This document shows positions 28,313 through 37,242 of a stretch of 64,000 nt of DNA, piece by piece (the first letter of the stretch is position 1; every line of letters starts with the position of its first letter). This DNA comes from Gammaproteobacteria bacterium (GTDB lineage Bacteria; Pseudomonadota; Gammaproteobacteria; Ga0077536). Location of the stretch: the NCBI GenBank assembly GCA_024234975.1, contig JACKNH010000015.1:20733-84732 (forward strand). The letters are read 5' to 3'. Under the pieces are notes generated by a model. That model searched no databases and had not been told where the DNA came from. It saw only the letters and a list, made by a program, of their open reading frames with translations. A program made the position numbers and the translations under genes.

Positions 28313-28690
28313 CCGTCATTCCCGCGCAAGCGGGGATCCACAGGGCGCTGCTCGAAGCCGGATGGATTCCGGCCCGCCGCTGGCGCGGCGTCCGGAATGA
28401 CGGGGCGGGAGGCGTACGGTTACCCCTCGTGCGGAATGACGGGGTGGGAGGCGTTCGGTCACCCGGCGTGCGGCATGACGGGCAGGTGAAAGGCGTCCGC
28501 TTGCCCGGCCTCGCATCACCCATCTCTAATCCGTCATTCCCGCGCAGGCGGGAATCCATAGGGCACTGCTCGAAGCCGGATGGATTCCGGCTCGCTGCTG
28601 GCGCGCCGTGCGGAATGACGGGGCGGGAGGCGTACGGTCACCGGGCGTGCGGAATGACGGCAGGTTAAAGGCGTACGGTCATCTGGTTCG
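28313..28690. repeat. Nested intergenic repeat array (218-bp units containing 39-bp sub-repeats; ATTCCCGCG-N-GCGGGAAT hairpin family)
   Basis: Unit heads CCGTCATTCCCGCGCA(A/G)GCGGG(G/A)ATCCA...GCTCGAAGCCGGATGGATTCCGGC occur at 28313 and 28531. A 39-bp sub-repeat carrying GG(A/C)ATGACGG occurs at 28394, 28433, 28472, 28612 and 28651; this motif is the reverse complement of the CCGTCATTCC head. The array explains the 13-aa periodicity of the spurious ORF 28057..28668. Confidence 0.85.
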
Positions 28691-28751
28691 ATCGCATCGG
28701 CGTGTGTCGCCCGTGCGAACCGTCCAGTTCCGCGCCGTCAGACCAGCGGTG

Positions 28752-28784
28752 TTGACATCGATAAGAAATCATAGTGATATCACT
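28752..28784 (+). promoter_or_regulatory. Putative sigma-70 promoter with overlapping 12-bp palindrome upstream of the SPFH/RHH operon
   Basis: TTGACA (28752-28757), a 17-nt spacer, then TGATAT (28775-28780). The perfect palindrome AGTGATATCACT (28773-28784) overlaps the -10 element. It lies 44 nt upstream of the SPFH start codon. Confidence 0.45.
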
Positions 28785-28827
28785 TCAATATCGGGCGCGG
28801 GGTCTGGTAACAGGAGGTGATGACGCC

Positions 28828-29805
28828 ATGAGCAAAGAAATATTGGACAGCCACTCACGGGAGTTCGCCGGGTTCGCCATGAACGGCTGGCTGAGTCTGA
28901 CGATAAATATCGCCATTATCCCGGTGGCCGTCGTCTTACTCGCGCAGGCGCAACGCTCGCCAGTCCTCGGCTTGTTGGCGGTGTTGACGGGGCTGCTCGG
29001 GGTATTGATGCTGTTCGGGTATTTCACCTTGCAGCCCAACGAAGCGCGGGTGCTGATCCTGTTCGGCCGCTACAAAGGCACGGTCCGGCGCAGCGGGTTT
29101 TTCTGGGCCAATCCGTTCTATGCGCGTGTCCGCGGCAAGGTGGCGATCGGCACCGGCAAAGTGCCTGCAGGGCGCAATGGCAGCACGGTGACGGGCATCC
29201 TTTACGATTCCCTCAAGACCAAGCTTTCGCTGCGCATTCACAATTTCAACAGCGACAAGCTCAAGGTGAACGACAAGCGCGGCAATCCGATTGAAATCGC
29301 CGCGGTGGTGGTCTGGCGCGTGGCCGATACTGCGCAAGCCGCGTTTGACGTGGAAAATTATGATGAATACGTGCAGGTGCAGAGTGAGTCCGCAATTCGC
29401 GGTATCGCCAGCCTGTATGCCTACGATCAGGGTGAGAACGATGAAATCACGCTGCGCGGCGGCGGCGACGAAGTGGCCGCGGCGTTGAAACATGAATTGG
29501 AGGCGCGGCTGGCGCGGGCCGGAGTGGTGGTCGAAGAAGCACGTCTGACACATCTTGCCTACGCGCCTGAAATCGCCTCGGCGATGTTGCGCCGTCAGCA
29601 GGCCGATGCCGTCATCGCCGCGCGCCGTGTCATTGTCGACGGGGCAGTCAGCATGGTGGATATGGCGCTGCGGCAGTTGGGTGAGCGTGACATCGTAACG
29701 CTGGATGAAGAGCGCAAGGCTGCCATGGTCAGCAATCTCATGGTGGTGCTCTGCGGCACCTCCGAAGCCTCACCGGTCATCAACACCGGCACGCTGTATA
29801 ACTGA
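28828..29805 (+). CDS. SPFH/Band 7 (stomatin-prohibitin-like) domain membrane protein
   Basis: ATG 28828 with AGGAGG 10 nt upstream. Two N-terminal TM helices, then [61 protein letters not shown], typical of SPFH domains. Confidence 0.85.
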   Translation: MSKEILDSHSREFAGFAMNGWLSLTINIAIIPVAVVLLAQAQRSPVLGLLAVLTGLLGVLMLFGYFTLQPNEARVLILFGRYKGTVRRSGFFWANPFYARVRGKVAIGTGKVPAGRNGSTVTGILYDSLKTKLSLRIHNFNSDKLKVNDKRGNPIEIAAVVVWRVADTAQAAFDVENYDEYVQVQSESAIRGIASLYAYDQGENDEITLRGGGDEVAAALKHELEARLARAGVVVEEARLTHLAYAPEIASAMLRRQQADAVIAARRVIVDGAVSMVDMALRQLGERDIVTLDEERKAAMVSNLMVVLCGTSEASPVINTGTLYN

Positions 29806-29807
29806 AC

Positions 29808-29978
29808 GTGGCTGAAGACCGTAAATCGTTTCTGTTGCGGCTGCCGCCGGCCCTGTGGAAGGACATCGAACAGTGGTCGGCGGACGAGCTGCGCAGCGTC
29901 AACGCCCAGATTGAATACGTGCTGCGTGACGCAGTGGCCCGGCGCAAGAAAGGGCAGGACAAAGCCGGCGGTGGCTGA
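29808..29978 (+). CDS. Small Arc/ribbon-helix-helix-like DNA-binding protein (56 aa; below the ORF-track size cut-off)
   Basis: My own translation from GTG 29808, 2 nt after the SPFH stop: VAEDRKSFLLRLPPALWKDIEQWSADELRSVNAQIEYVLRDAVARRKKGQDKAGGG. The KSFLLRLP...L...A....RS.NA.IE..L pattern matches Arc-family RHH proteins. Confidence 0.6.
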   Translation: MAEDRKSFLLRLPPALWKDIEQWSADELRSVNAQIEYVLRDAVARRKKGQDKAGGG

Positions 29979-30138
29979 GTCGTATCCGCGCTGACCCCGC
30001 CCTGCATCTCCACCCCCGTCGCTGCTACCGCCCGTCCTGGCCCGGACCTTCCTTTCATTTCCAACCTTCAGCGCCCCCCTGACGCCGCAACCTTGCCCTG
30101 GATCAATTGACTTCCCTGCGTATTGCTGGAAAATAACC

Positions 30139-30163
30139 GCGAATGATAATGATTCGTATTAAG
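30139..30163 (+). promoter_or_regulatory. Candidate Fur box upstream of the TonB-dependent receptor
   Basis: GCGAATGATAATGATTCGTATTAAG matches the GATAATGATAATCATTATC consensus at 13/19 in either of two registers. It lies 60-85 nt upstream of GTG 30224 in an AT-rich patch. Confidence 0.45.
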
Positions 30164-30223
30164 AATCAGTCCAATTCGTTCGATACATCCGTGACATAAG
30201 GCAACGTCGGCAAGGAGACAGCA

Positions 30224-32500
30224 GTGAGTACAAGGTTCAACGCGCGTCATTTCGCACCCACCCGGCTGGCAGTTGCATTTGCCGCGGCCGGCATCACCTC
30301 AGCGATTCCGGTTGCTCAGGCGGCCGATAGCGATGACGCCCAGGCCGGGCTGCTGGACAGGATCGTAGTGTCCGCCAGGGCCACCCATGTGGCCGATGTT
30401 GCCGGCTCCGTACAGTTCCTCGATGCGCCAGTACTCAAGCAGGCTGCCTATAACGACATCAACCGCATCCTGCGCCTGGTGCCCGGCGTGAACCTGGTGG
30501 AGGAGGACGGCTTCGGCTTGCGGCCGAATATCGGCATCCGCGGCTCGGGCACTGACCGCAACAGCAAGATTGCGGTGATGGAGGATGGCGTACTGATAGC
30601 GCCAGCCCCGTATGCAGCGCCCTCCGCGTACTACTTCCCTCGCGCCAGCCGCATGACGGGTGTCGAAATCAGCAAAGGTCCGGCGGCGATAAAATACGGC
30701 CCGCAAACGGTGGCCGGCGCCTTGAATCTGTTCTCCGCCCCCGTGCCCACGACGGCTCAGCCGCTGGGCGGCGACGTGGCGATCTACGGTGGCAACTTCG
30801 GCACCTGGCGCGGTCACGCGCGTGCCTCAGCGCGCTATGAAACCACCGGACCGGTCGATGTCGGTTTCATGATTGAAACACTGCAGGAGCATTCCGACGG
30901 CTTCAAGAATCTCGATTCCGGTGGCAGCACCGGTTACCGCATCGAGGACTATGTCGCCAAGCTGCAACTGGCGAGCAAGGCCGGTGCGCGTTTCGAACAG
31001 GTGGCGGAGCTGAAGTTGCAGTATTCCGACGAAACTTCGGACGAAACCTATCTCGGTCTGACGCTGGACGATTTCGCCGCGGATCCCTACCGCCGCTATC
31101 GCGCCAGCCAGCTCGACCAGATGAATGTCGACCACAAGCTGCTGCAGTTTTCGCATCGAATCGTCTTCAACGATGTCGTCGATGTCACCACCATGGCGTA
31201 CTACACAGAGACCGCGCGCGCCTGGTACAAACTCAATGACGTTGCCAGCGGTGGATCACTTCGCAGCATCGCCGCGGTGACGATGGACCCGGTCACTTAC
31301 GCGGAAGGGTATCAGAACCTTGTCGGCGCATCGGGGTATACCAGCGCGGTCGATGCGTTGCGCGTGCGTAACAACAATCGCGAATACTACTCGGCCGGTG
31401 TGCAGTCCGTGGTCGGGATCAGGCTGGAAGGCGGCGCCAGCGAGCATTTGGTCGAAGCGTCATTCCGTTATCACGAAGACGAGGAGGATCGCTTCCAACA
31501 GGATGATCGTTACCAGATGGTCGACGGCGCGATGGTCATGACCACCGCCGGTGCGCCCGGCAGCAACGCCAATCGCATCGGTGCGGCGCAGGCATGGGCG
31601 TTCTACCTGCGTGACACCGTCGACATCGGTCGCTGGACATTGGTGCCGGGCGTCCGTTACGAGACCATTGACCTGCGGCGGACGGATTATGCGGCGACTG
31701 ATCCCGACCGTACGGTCCCGGCATCGGTGCGTGATAACGATGTCGATGTCTGGATTCCAGGTCTCGGCGCACGTTATGCGTTGACCGACAGCCTCAGCCT
31801 GGTCGGCGGCGTTCACCGCGGCTTTGCCAGCCCGGCGCCTGGTTCGACGGCAGACGCGGAACTGTCATGGAACTACGAAGGCGGCATGCGCTATGGCAAC
31901 GATGCCGTTGCGCTGGAAGTCGTCGGCTACTTCAACGACTTCAGCAACCTGGTCGGAACCTGTACCAATTCAACCGGCGGCGGCTGCCAGATCGGCGATC
32001 AGTATGACGGTGGCAGTGCGCATGTCTGGGGCGTGGAAGTGATGGCGCAATACGATGCCGCGGCTTCCGTCGGCAGCCCGATCGCGCTGCCGGTGTCGGT
32101 GACCTACACCTATACCAAAGGTGAGTTCCGCAGCAGCTTCAACAGTGCGTTCGAAGAGTGGGGTAATGTGAGCCGCGGCGACGAGATGCCGCACCTGTCG
32201 CCGCACCAGCTGACCTTGCGCGCTGGCGCAGAAGCGGAACGTTGGCGCGTCTATGGCACCATGAGCTACGTTTCCCGATCCCGTGCAGTTGCCGGCAATG
32301 GTCCCATTCCGGCCACGCGGAGAATCGACGCACGCACGATCTTCGACGTCTCGGCGGAAGTCGATGTCATCGATAACGTGAGCGTATTCGGCAGTATCCA
32401 GAATCTTACCGACGAGGTGTACAACGTCGCCTGGACGCCAGCCGGCGCGCGGCCGGGGTTGCCACGCACGTTCACAGGTGGTGTTCGTCTGGCATTTTGA
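30224..32500 (+). CDS. TonB-dependent outer-membrane receptor (probably iron/siderophore-type)
   Basis: GTG start with AAGGAGA upstream. Signal peptide ending PVAQA/AD. Plug region DRIVVSA...VQFLD...NDINRILRLVPGVNLVEEDGFGLRPNIGIRGSG. The barrel ends FTGGVRLAF. Confidence 0.9.
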   Translation: MSTRFNARHFAPTRLAVAFAAAGITSAIPVAQAADSDDAQAGLLDRIVVSARATHVADVAGSVQFLDAPVLKQAAYNDINRILRLVPGVNLVEEDGFGLRPNIGIRGSGTDRNSKIAVMEDGVLIAPAPYAAPSAYYFPRASRMTGVEISKGPAAIKYGPQTVAGALNLFSAPVPTTAQPLGGDVAIYGGNFGTWRGHARASARYETTGPVDVGFMIETLQEHSDGFKNLDSGGSTGYRIEDYVAKLQLASKAGARFEQVAELKLQYSDETSDETYLGLTLDDFAADPYRRYRASQLDQMNVDHKLLQFSHRIVFNDVVDVTTMAYYTETARAWYKLNDVASGGSLRSIAAVTMDPVTYAEGYQNLVGASGYTSAVDALRVRNNNREYYSAGVQSVVGIRLEGGASEHLVEASFRYHEDEEDRFQQDDRYQMVDGAMVMTTAGAPGSNANRIGAAQAWAFYLRDTVDIGRWTLVPGVRYETIDLRRTDYAATDPDRTVPASVRDNDVDVWIPGLGARYALTDSLSLVGGVHRGFASPAPGSTADAELSWNYEGGMRYGNDAVALEVVGYFNDFSNLVGTCTNSTGGGCQIGDQYDGGSAHVWGVEVMAQYDAAASVGSPIALPVSVTYTYTKGEFRSSFNSAFEEWGNVSRGDEMPHLSPHQLTLRAGAEAERWRVYGTMSYVSRSRAVAGNGPIPATRRIDARTIFDVSAEVDVIDNVSVFGSIQNLTDEVYNVAWTPAGARPGLPRTFTGGVRLAF

Positions 32501-32631
32501 GATGCGCGCACCGCTGCGCGCGACAGGTCGCGACCAGCTGGCAGGCATCCGCGCGAAGCAGCGCAGAAGGCTGTCAACCTGCAAGGTAAAGGCGCGTTGT
32601 AGTCATCAATGCTCTATCCCCCCCAGAGCAG

Positions 32632-32677
32632 GCCCCGCCCACCCCAAGGCCGTATCCCCCCCACGGCCGGGCGGGGC
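32632..32677. terminator. GC-rich nested hairpin between convergent genes (possible bidirectional terminator)
   Basis: GCCCCGCCC (32632-32640) pairs with GGGCGGGGC (32669-32677). An inner hairpin GGCCGT-ATCCCCCCC-ACGGCC sits inside. There is no clear T tract. Confidence 0.35.
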
Positions 32678-32694
32678 ACTTCTATCTCTACCGA

Positions 32695-34743
32695 TTAGAC
32701 ACGCCTGATGCGCCCGATGATCGTCGCGTGCTGCAGACCCAGGGATTGCAGCGCTGTGATGCAGGCATCGGCACTGATTGCGGGAACTACTGCCACCAAT
32801 GCCCCGGACGCATGCTGGTCATGCAACCAATTCGCATGTGGATGATTCGCCGTGTGGGTTAACCGGGATGTTTCGTAACCCATGCCATCCAGCCTCTCAC
32901 CCAACATCAATGCATTGGCCGACCAACCGGCGACCGCCAGTACGGGTAAGCGATCAAGATCGAGTTCAATGCCCAACGGTGCTGGACACATTTGTTGCAA
33001 GTGCCAGGACAGGCCGCGCCGATCGAGATACGCGACCTTTTTGGCGCCATGCAATTTCAATTGTTCGAGACCCGATACGACGCTTGCCTGCAGTTGAGTC
33101 AGAGCCGCGGCGTATGCACGGCCGTTCACCGCCAACCTTCGCGCATCGGCAAGTGTCGCGCCGGCGCCGACCGGGCCGGTGAGGACGATGGCATCACCTT
33201 CAAGTATGTCGCGCAACGGTTCGGGTTCGATGATGCCATGCAGGCGAACGCCCACGGCGTACGTCTCGCCCTGCGCAGTCTCGATACCGCCCAGCGCGAT
33301 GTGCGTGGCTTCGAATGCTGAATGAATACCGTGCAACAGTTGCGCGATTTCGTCACGCTGATGTTCTTCGGCCAACGCCGGTAACAGCAGCGAAATATCC
33401 GCACGGCCGGTCTGACCCCTCGCGGTGTGCCAGCGATTGGCCCACTGTGTTGCCAGCAGCCTGCCTGCCAGCCATGGATCGTCCACCCACAGAGCTTGCA
33501 GATCAAAAATGCCGTCGGCTGCACGTGACAACTGACGCGCGGATGACTCAACTGCAGCAGCCAACGGCGGCGGTGTTGTTCCAGCAGCGTCAGGGACGCG
33601 ATAGCGCTGCATGAACCTGCTGTCTATCCAGTGTTTCCAGCGCCACACCCAATCACCTGCGATGCTGAAACGGCCTCGCGTCGCGACGGCATGTTTTTCG
33701 CCGGCGCTGAGAATGCTCAGGAAGTTTCGTTGTGGCCGGTAGCGCACGAGGCGTCGATCTTCGGCGGCGGCGCGCAGGTTGTGCGCCAGTATCGGCCCTT
33801 CACGGACTGCGAAGACACCGGCCTTGGGGACCTGCCCGGTATTGAGACTGGCAACGTCCCCCGCGGCAAACACATCGGGATGGGAAACGCTGCGCAAGCG
33901 GCTGTCCACTTGTACGAAGCCGCGGCTGTCGGTGGCAAGCCCGGAAGTCGCCAGCCAGGCATGGGCTTTGACCGGCGTCGCCCACAGCACGTCATCGAAA
34001 TGAAATTCGCGGCCGCTGGCATCGGTCAGACGCCCCACGTCTGTTTCGCTGACATCCGCGTCGTTGATGACCTGAATATTCTGCCGCGCCAGCCGTGCTT
34101 GAAACTGCTGGCGGACAGCGGCGGGGTATCCGCCAAGGATTTCGCTGCCCGCGTTGAGCAACGTCAGTGTGACCTTGTCCTCGCGTTGGTTTGCATCATC
34201 GCGCGAGAGTGCGTGATCGATTGCCAGAACAAGTTCAACGCCGGCGGCGCCGCCGCCGACGACCGCGAGTCGGTAGCGGGCATCGCTGGCATCCATGCGG
34301 GTTCGAATCGCCTGCCACGCGCCCAACAGATTGGCGACCGGCTTCACGCCAATGCCCCAACGATACTCGCTGCGCGTTGGAATGACGGGCGTTCCGCCGG
34401 TGTTCAACGACAGCAAGTCGTAATGCAATGGCGGTCTATCCGCGAACGAAATGACACGTTCGTTGGCGTCGATGGCCGTGACGGTATCCAGCAACAGCCG
34501 TGCGCCGGTGTGAGTGGCAAGGCGCAGCAGATCGATATGCGCGGCTTCAAAATCGTAGTGGCCGGCGATGAGGCCGGGCAACATGCCGGAATAGGGCGCG
34601 TAGACTGCGGGATTGATCAATGTGATGCGCAGGGGCGGGGACTTGAGCGCAAACCGACGCAGTACCTCAACATGGCTGTGGCCACCACCGACCAGTACCA
34701 GGTGCAATGGCGCAACTTGAGTGGGCGGCATCAGGCCGCGCAA
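32695..34743 (-). CDS. Fusion protein: FAD-dependent pyridine nucleotide-disulfide oxidoreductase (N-terminal) plus SelD/PurM-like domain (C-terminal)
   Basis: N-terminal dinucleotide-binding motif HLVLVGGGHSHVEVL and a second RLAVVGGGAAGVEL. The C-terminal ~300 aa (FDLQALWVDDPWLAGRLLATQ...IALGGIETAQGE...IVLTGPVGAG...) resemble the selenophosphate synthetase/AIR synthase fold. Confidence 0.7.
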   Translation of the reverse strand: MRGLMPPTQVAPLHLVLVGGGHSHVEVLRRFALKSPPLRITLINPAVYAPYSGMLPGLIAGHYDFEAAHIDLLRLATHTGARLLLDTVTAIDANERVISFADRPPLHYDLLSLNTGGTPVIPTRSEYRWGIGVKPVANLLGAWQAIRTRMDASDARYRLAVVGGGAAGVELVLAIDHALSRDDANQREDKVTLTLLNAGSEILGGYPAAVRQQFQARLARQNIQVINDADVSETDVGRLTDASGREFHFDDVLWATPVKAHAWLATSGLATDSRGFVQVDSRLRSVSHPDVFAAGDVASLNTGQVPKAGVFAVREGPILAHNLRAAAEDRRLVRYRPQRNFLSILSAGEKHAVATRGRFSIAGDWVWRWKHWIDSRFMQRYRVPDAAGTTPPPLAAAVESSARQLSRAADGIFDLQALWVDDPWLAGRLLATQWANRWHTARGQTGRADISLLLPALAEEHQRDEIAQLLHGIHSAFEATHIALGGIETAQGETYAVGVRLHGIIEPEPLRDILEGDAIVLTGPVGAGATLADARRLAVNGRAYAAALTQLQASVVSGLEQLKLHGAKKVAYLDRRGLSWHLQQMCPAPLGIELDLDRLPVLAVAGWSANALMLGERLDGMGYETSRLTHTANHPHANWLHDQHASGALVAVVPAISADACITALQSLGLQHATIIGRIRRV

Positions 34744-34789
34744 CCGCTGACGGCCGCTGCCCGGCTGTCATGCCCGGTGCGCAAACGCT

Positions 34790-36025
34790 TCACAAAGTGC
34801 CGAAGAACGCGCGCAGTTCACTGGCGACCAGTGCCGGTTCCTCCCACTCGAGGAAATGCCCGCCGACATGCGTGTCGGTCCAGCGTTGCACGTTGTACAG
34901 CCGCTCGCCGAACTCGCGTGGCGCGGGTGGGAACAAGTCCTTATGGCTCATCAACATCCCCACCGGCACCTCGACCTTGCCCGTGAGGCCGCGGTCGCGA
35001 ACGAATTCGTAATACATCCGGACCGAAGAATTGATGGTGCCTGTGGCCCAGTAGATCATCAGGTTGGTCAACAGATCATCCTTGGAAAAGCGGAATTCGA
35101 TATCGCCACCGGTATCACCCCAGGCGCGGAACTTCTCGATGATCCACGCGGCAAGTCCGGCGGGAGAATCATTCAGCGCCTGTCCCAGTGTCTGCGGTTT
35201 CGACATATGCATGCGGGCATAGGCAATCTCGCCTTCAATCGCCGCGGAGGCCTTGATGAAATCCTGCTCCGCCGCGGTGAACCTGGGCGGCTCACTGACG
35301 CCCAGCGCGCCGATGATGCCGCTCAAGTGGACGCCGGCCACCTGCTCGGGATGGGCGAGCGCCATTTGCACGCTGGTGTTGGCGCCAAGGTCGCTGCCAC
35401 GCAAGCCGTAACGTTGATATCCCAGAATGTCGTGCATCAATGTGGTGAGGCGGGCGGCGGTCTGCGGAAAGCCGACGCCGCGGAAATCGGGCAGCGAAGA
35501 GAAGCCGTAACCCGGCAGCGATGCGACCACGACGTGAAACGCCGGTGCGCCGGGTGCACCGTGGTTATCCGGATCGTTCAACAGTGGCAGCACATCGAGC
35601 ATCTGCACGAAGCTGCTGGGCCAACCGTGCAGCAACAGCAAAGGCAATGCATCGTCGCGCGCGCTGGGCGCGTGGATATAGTGGATCCGCAGCCGATCAA
35701 TTTCGGCCTGGTAGTGCGGAAAGCTGTTCAACCGCGCTTCAACGGCACGCCAGTCAAAGCCATCCGCCCAGTATGCGAGCAGTTCACGCAGGTAGGCGGT
35801 GTCGGTACCGTAGTCCCAACCGCTACCCGGGATCTGGTCCGGCCAGCGGGTGTTGTTGATGCGCTGTTTGAGATCCCCTATGACTGCATCGGGGATATGG
35901 ATTGAAAAGGGTTCGCTCATCGTAGTGGTCTCTTGTGCGGCTAGCGGCGCGCCCGACGTGGCGCCGGCCAGTGCGCCTGCTCTCAGCAGGTTGAACGTGT
36001 GCAGATTGAATTCACGTCGCTTCAT
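34790..36025 (-). CDS. Epoxide hydrolase (alpha/beta hydrolase with EH N-terminal domain), possibly exported
   Basis: FSIHIPDAVIGDLKQRINNTRWPDQ...WDYGTDTAYLRELLAYW...FPHYQAEIDRLRIHYIH...LLLLHGWPSSF (HGWP oxyanion motif). A 35-aa N-terminal extension MKRREFNLHTFNLLRAGALAGATSGAPLAAQE looks like a Tat/Sec signal. Confidence 0.85.
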   Translation of the reverse strand: MKRREFNLHTFNLLRAGALAGATSGAPLAAQETTTMSEPFSIHIPDAVIGDLKQRINNTRWPDQIPGSGWDYGTDTAYLRELLAYWADGFDWRAVEARLNSFPHYQAEIDRLRIHYIHAPSARDDALPLLLLHGWPSSFVQMLDVLPLLNDPDNHGAPGAPAFHVVVASLPGYGFSSLPDFRGVGFPQTAARLTTLMHDILGYQRYGLRGSDLGANTSVQMALAHPEQVAGVHLSGIIGALGVSEPPRFTAAEQDFIKASAAIEGEIAYARMHMSKPQTLGQALNDSPAGLAAWIIEKFRAWGDTGGDIEFRFSKDDLLTNLMIYWATGTINSSVRMYYEFVRDRGLTGKVEVPVGMLMSHKDLFPPAPREFGERLYNVQRWTDTHVGGHFLEWEEPALVASELRAFFGTL

Positions 36026-36160
36026 TGAACGGATGTCATGCCGGTTGGTTCACGGTAACAGCGCATGGCCAGTATAGGCATAACGCGGGCGAAGGCCAGC
36101 CGGCTGGCATGGTCGCGGTGCCGCACGACTGATCGTGCGGTGCGTTCCAGGGCCCGTGGA

Positions 36161-37075
36161 TCAAGCGCGCCGGATGGCCAGCCAGATCCCCAGCATCACC
36201 AGCGCTGCGCCGATGATGTGATAGTGGTGCAGCTTTTCGTTCAGAAAGATGACCGCCAATGCGGCGCCGGATACCGGAATCAGGTTGCCGAAAATCGATG
36301 CCCGATTGGGACCTATGGCCGGCAGAACGTGGTTCCACAGATAAGTGGCGAACAAGGTGGGAAACAACGCCAGGTAACAGATCGAAATAACCACGCCACC
36401 GGACAAGTTGAAAGTAGGCGCGCGACTCATCTCGAACAGACACAACGGTAGCAACAATACCGCCCCGCTCAACGCAATGATGAACATCATCACGTCGGCA
36501 GTTGGCCGGTAGTCGCGCCGACCCAGTTGCACGGAGTACAAAGACCAGCCGCAAACGGCGCTCAGCATGATGAGATCGCCGATGTTGATATCCAGCGTCA
36601 GCAAGGTCTGCAGGCTGCCCTTGCAAATCATGATCACGATACCGGTGAATGCGAAAGCGATGCCGAACTTCTGCTGGCGGCTGAGCCAGGTCCCGGCGAT
36701 GAGTAAAGCCATGACTGCGGTCACCGCCGGTTGGCTGGCATTCACCAGTACCGCGTTGGTTGCGGAGGTGAAGTAAACCGCGATGACCGCCAGTGTACTG
36801 CCGGCGGTCATGAACGTCGCCAGCAGGAACAGCGACCGGAAATGGCGCCGCACCATCGGCCATTGCTGACGCAGCCGCGGCCAGACCAGCGGCGACAGCA
36901 CGAGCAATGCAAGCGACCAACGTAGAAATGACAGCGTCAGCGGTGGCACATCGCCGACAATCGCACGCGTTACGACCGGCGGCGTGCCCCAGATGATGTT
37001 GCTGAGGGCGGCAAGCAGGTAGGCGGTGCCATGGCCGAGGGGACGGTCGGAATGTGTGGCGTTGCTGTCGGTCAT
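36161..37075 (-). CDS. DMT-superfamily (EamA-like) transporter
   Basis: Ten predicted hydrophobic helices and a duplicated EamA-like organisation ([16 protein letters not shown]... / ...[21 protein letters not shown]). Confidence 0.85.
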   Translation of the reverse strand: MTDSNATHSDRPLGHGTAYLLAALSNIIWGTPPVVTRAIVGDVPPLTLSFLRWSLALLVLSPLVWPRLRQQWPMVRRHFRSLFLLATFMTAGSTLAVIAVYFTSATNAVLVNASQPAVTAVMALLIAGTWLSRQQKFGIAFAFTGIVIMICKGSLQTLLTLDINIGDLIMLSAVCGWSLYSVQLGRRDYRPTADVMMFIIALSGAVLLLPLCLFEMSRAPTFNLSGGVVISICYLALFPTLFATYLWNHVLPAIGPNRASIFGNLIPVSGAALAVIFLNEKLHHYHIIGAALVMLGIWLAIRRA

Positions 37076-37242
37076 GCGTGGCAGTGCGTTCCGCGGCGCT
37101 CCGGGTGAGCAGGCAGCCCGTGCATCGGATGCCCAGGGCGCCGGCAGTCTGGCGCGAACCGGTGGTAACCGTCAAGGATTCTCATTATCAGTCGATATCC
37201 GATGCGGGAACCAATCCTGGACGTTCCCCACCGGAGAAATCA

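Noticed and set aside
28057-28668. 203-aa ORF spanning the end of yadH and the intergenic repeats, plus the small minus-strand ORFs at 28299..28559 and 28316..28519.
   Set aside because: The 13-aa periodic sequence (RNDGAGGVRLP...) is simply the translation of the 39-bp DNA repeat. There is no RBS, and the ORF overlaps the well-supported permease gene.
28313-28690. CRISPR array hypothesis for the repeat cluster.
   Set aside because: The 39-bp repeats are contiguous with no unique spacers, they are degenerate, and there is no cas gene in the window.
33631-34986. Large antisense ORFs opposite well-supported genes (33631..34986 +, 34856..35905 +, 36036..37175 -, 44693..45598 +, 52817..53983 +, 53730..54770 +, 49281..50195 -, 21096..21911 -).
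   Set aside because: The opposite-strand genes carry clear family motifs (FAD/SelD-like, epoxide hydrolase HGWP, EamA, GxSxG esterase, MipA, PEP-CTERM, PQQ propeller, SDR). The antisense translations are Arg/Gly/Ala-rich with no motifs.
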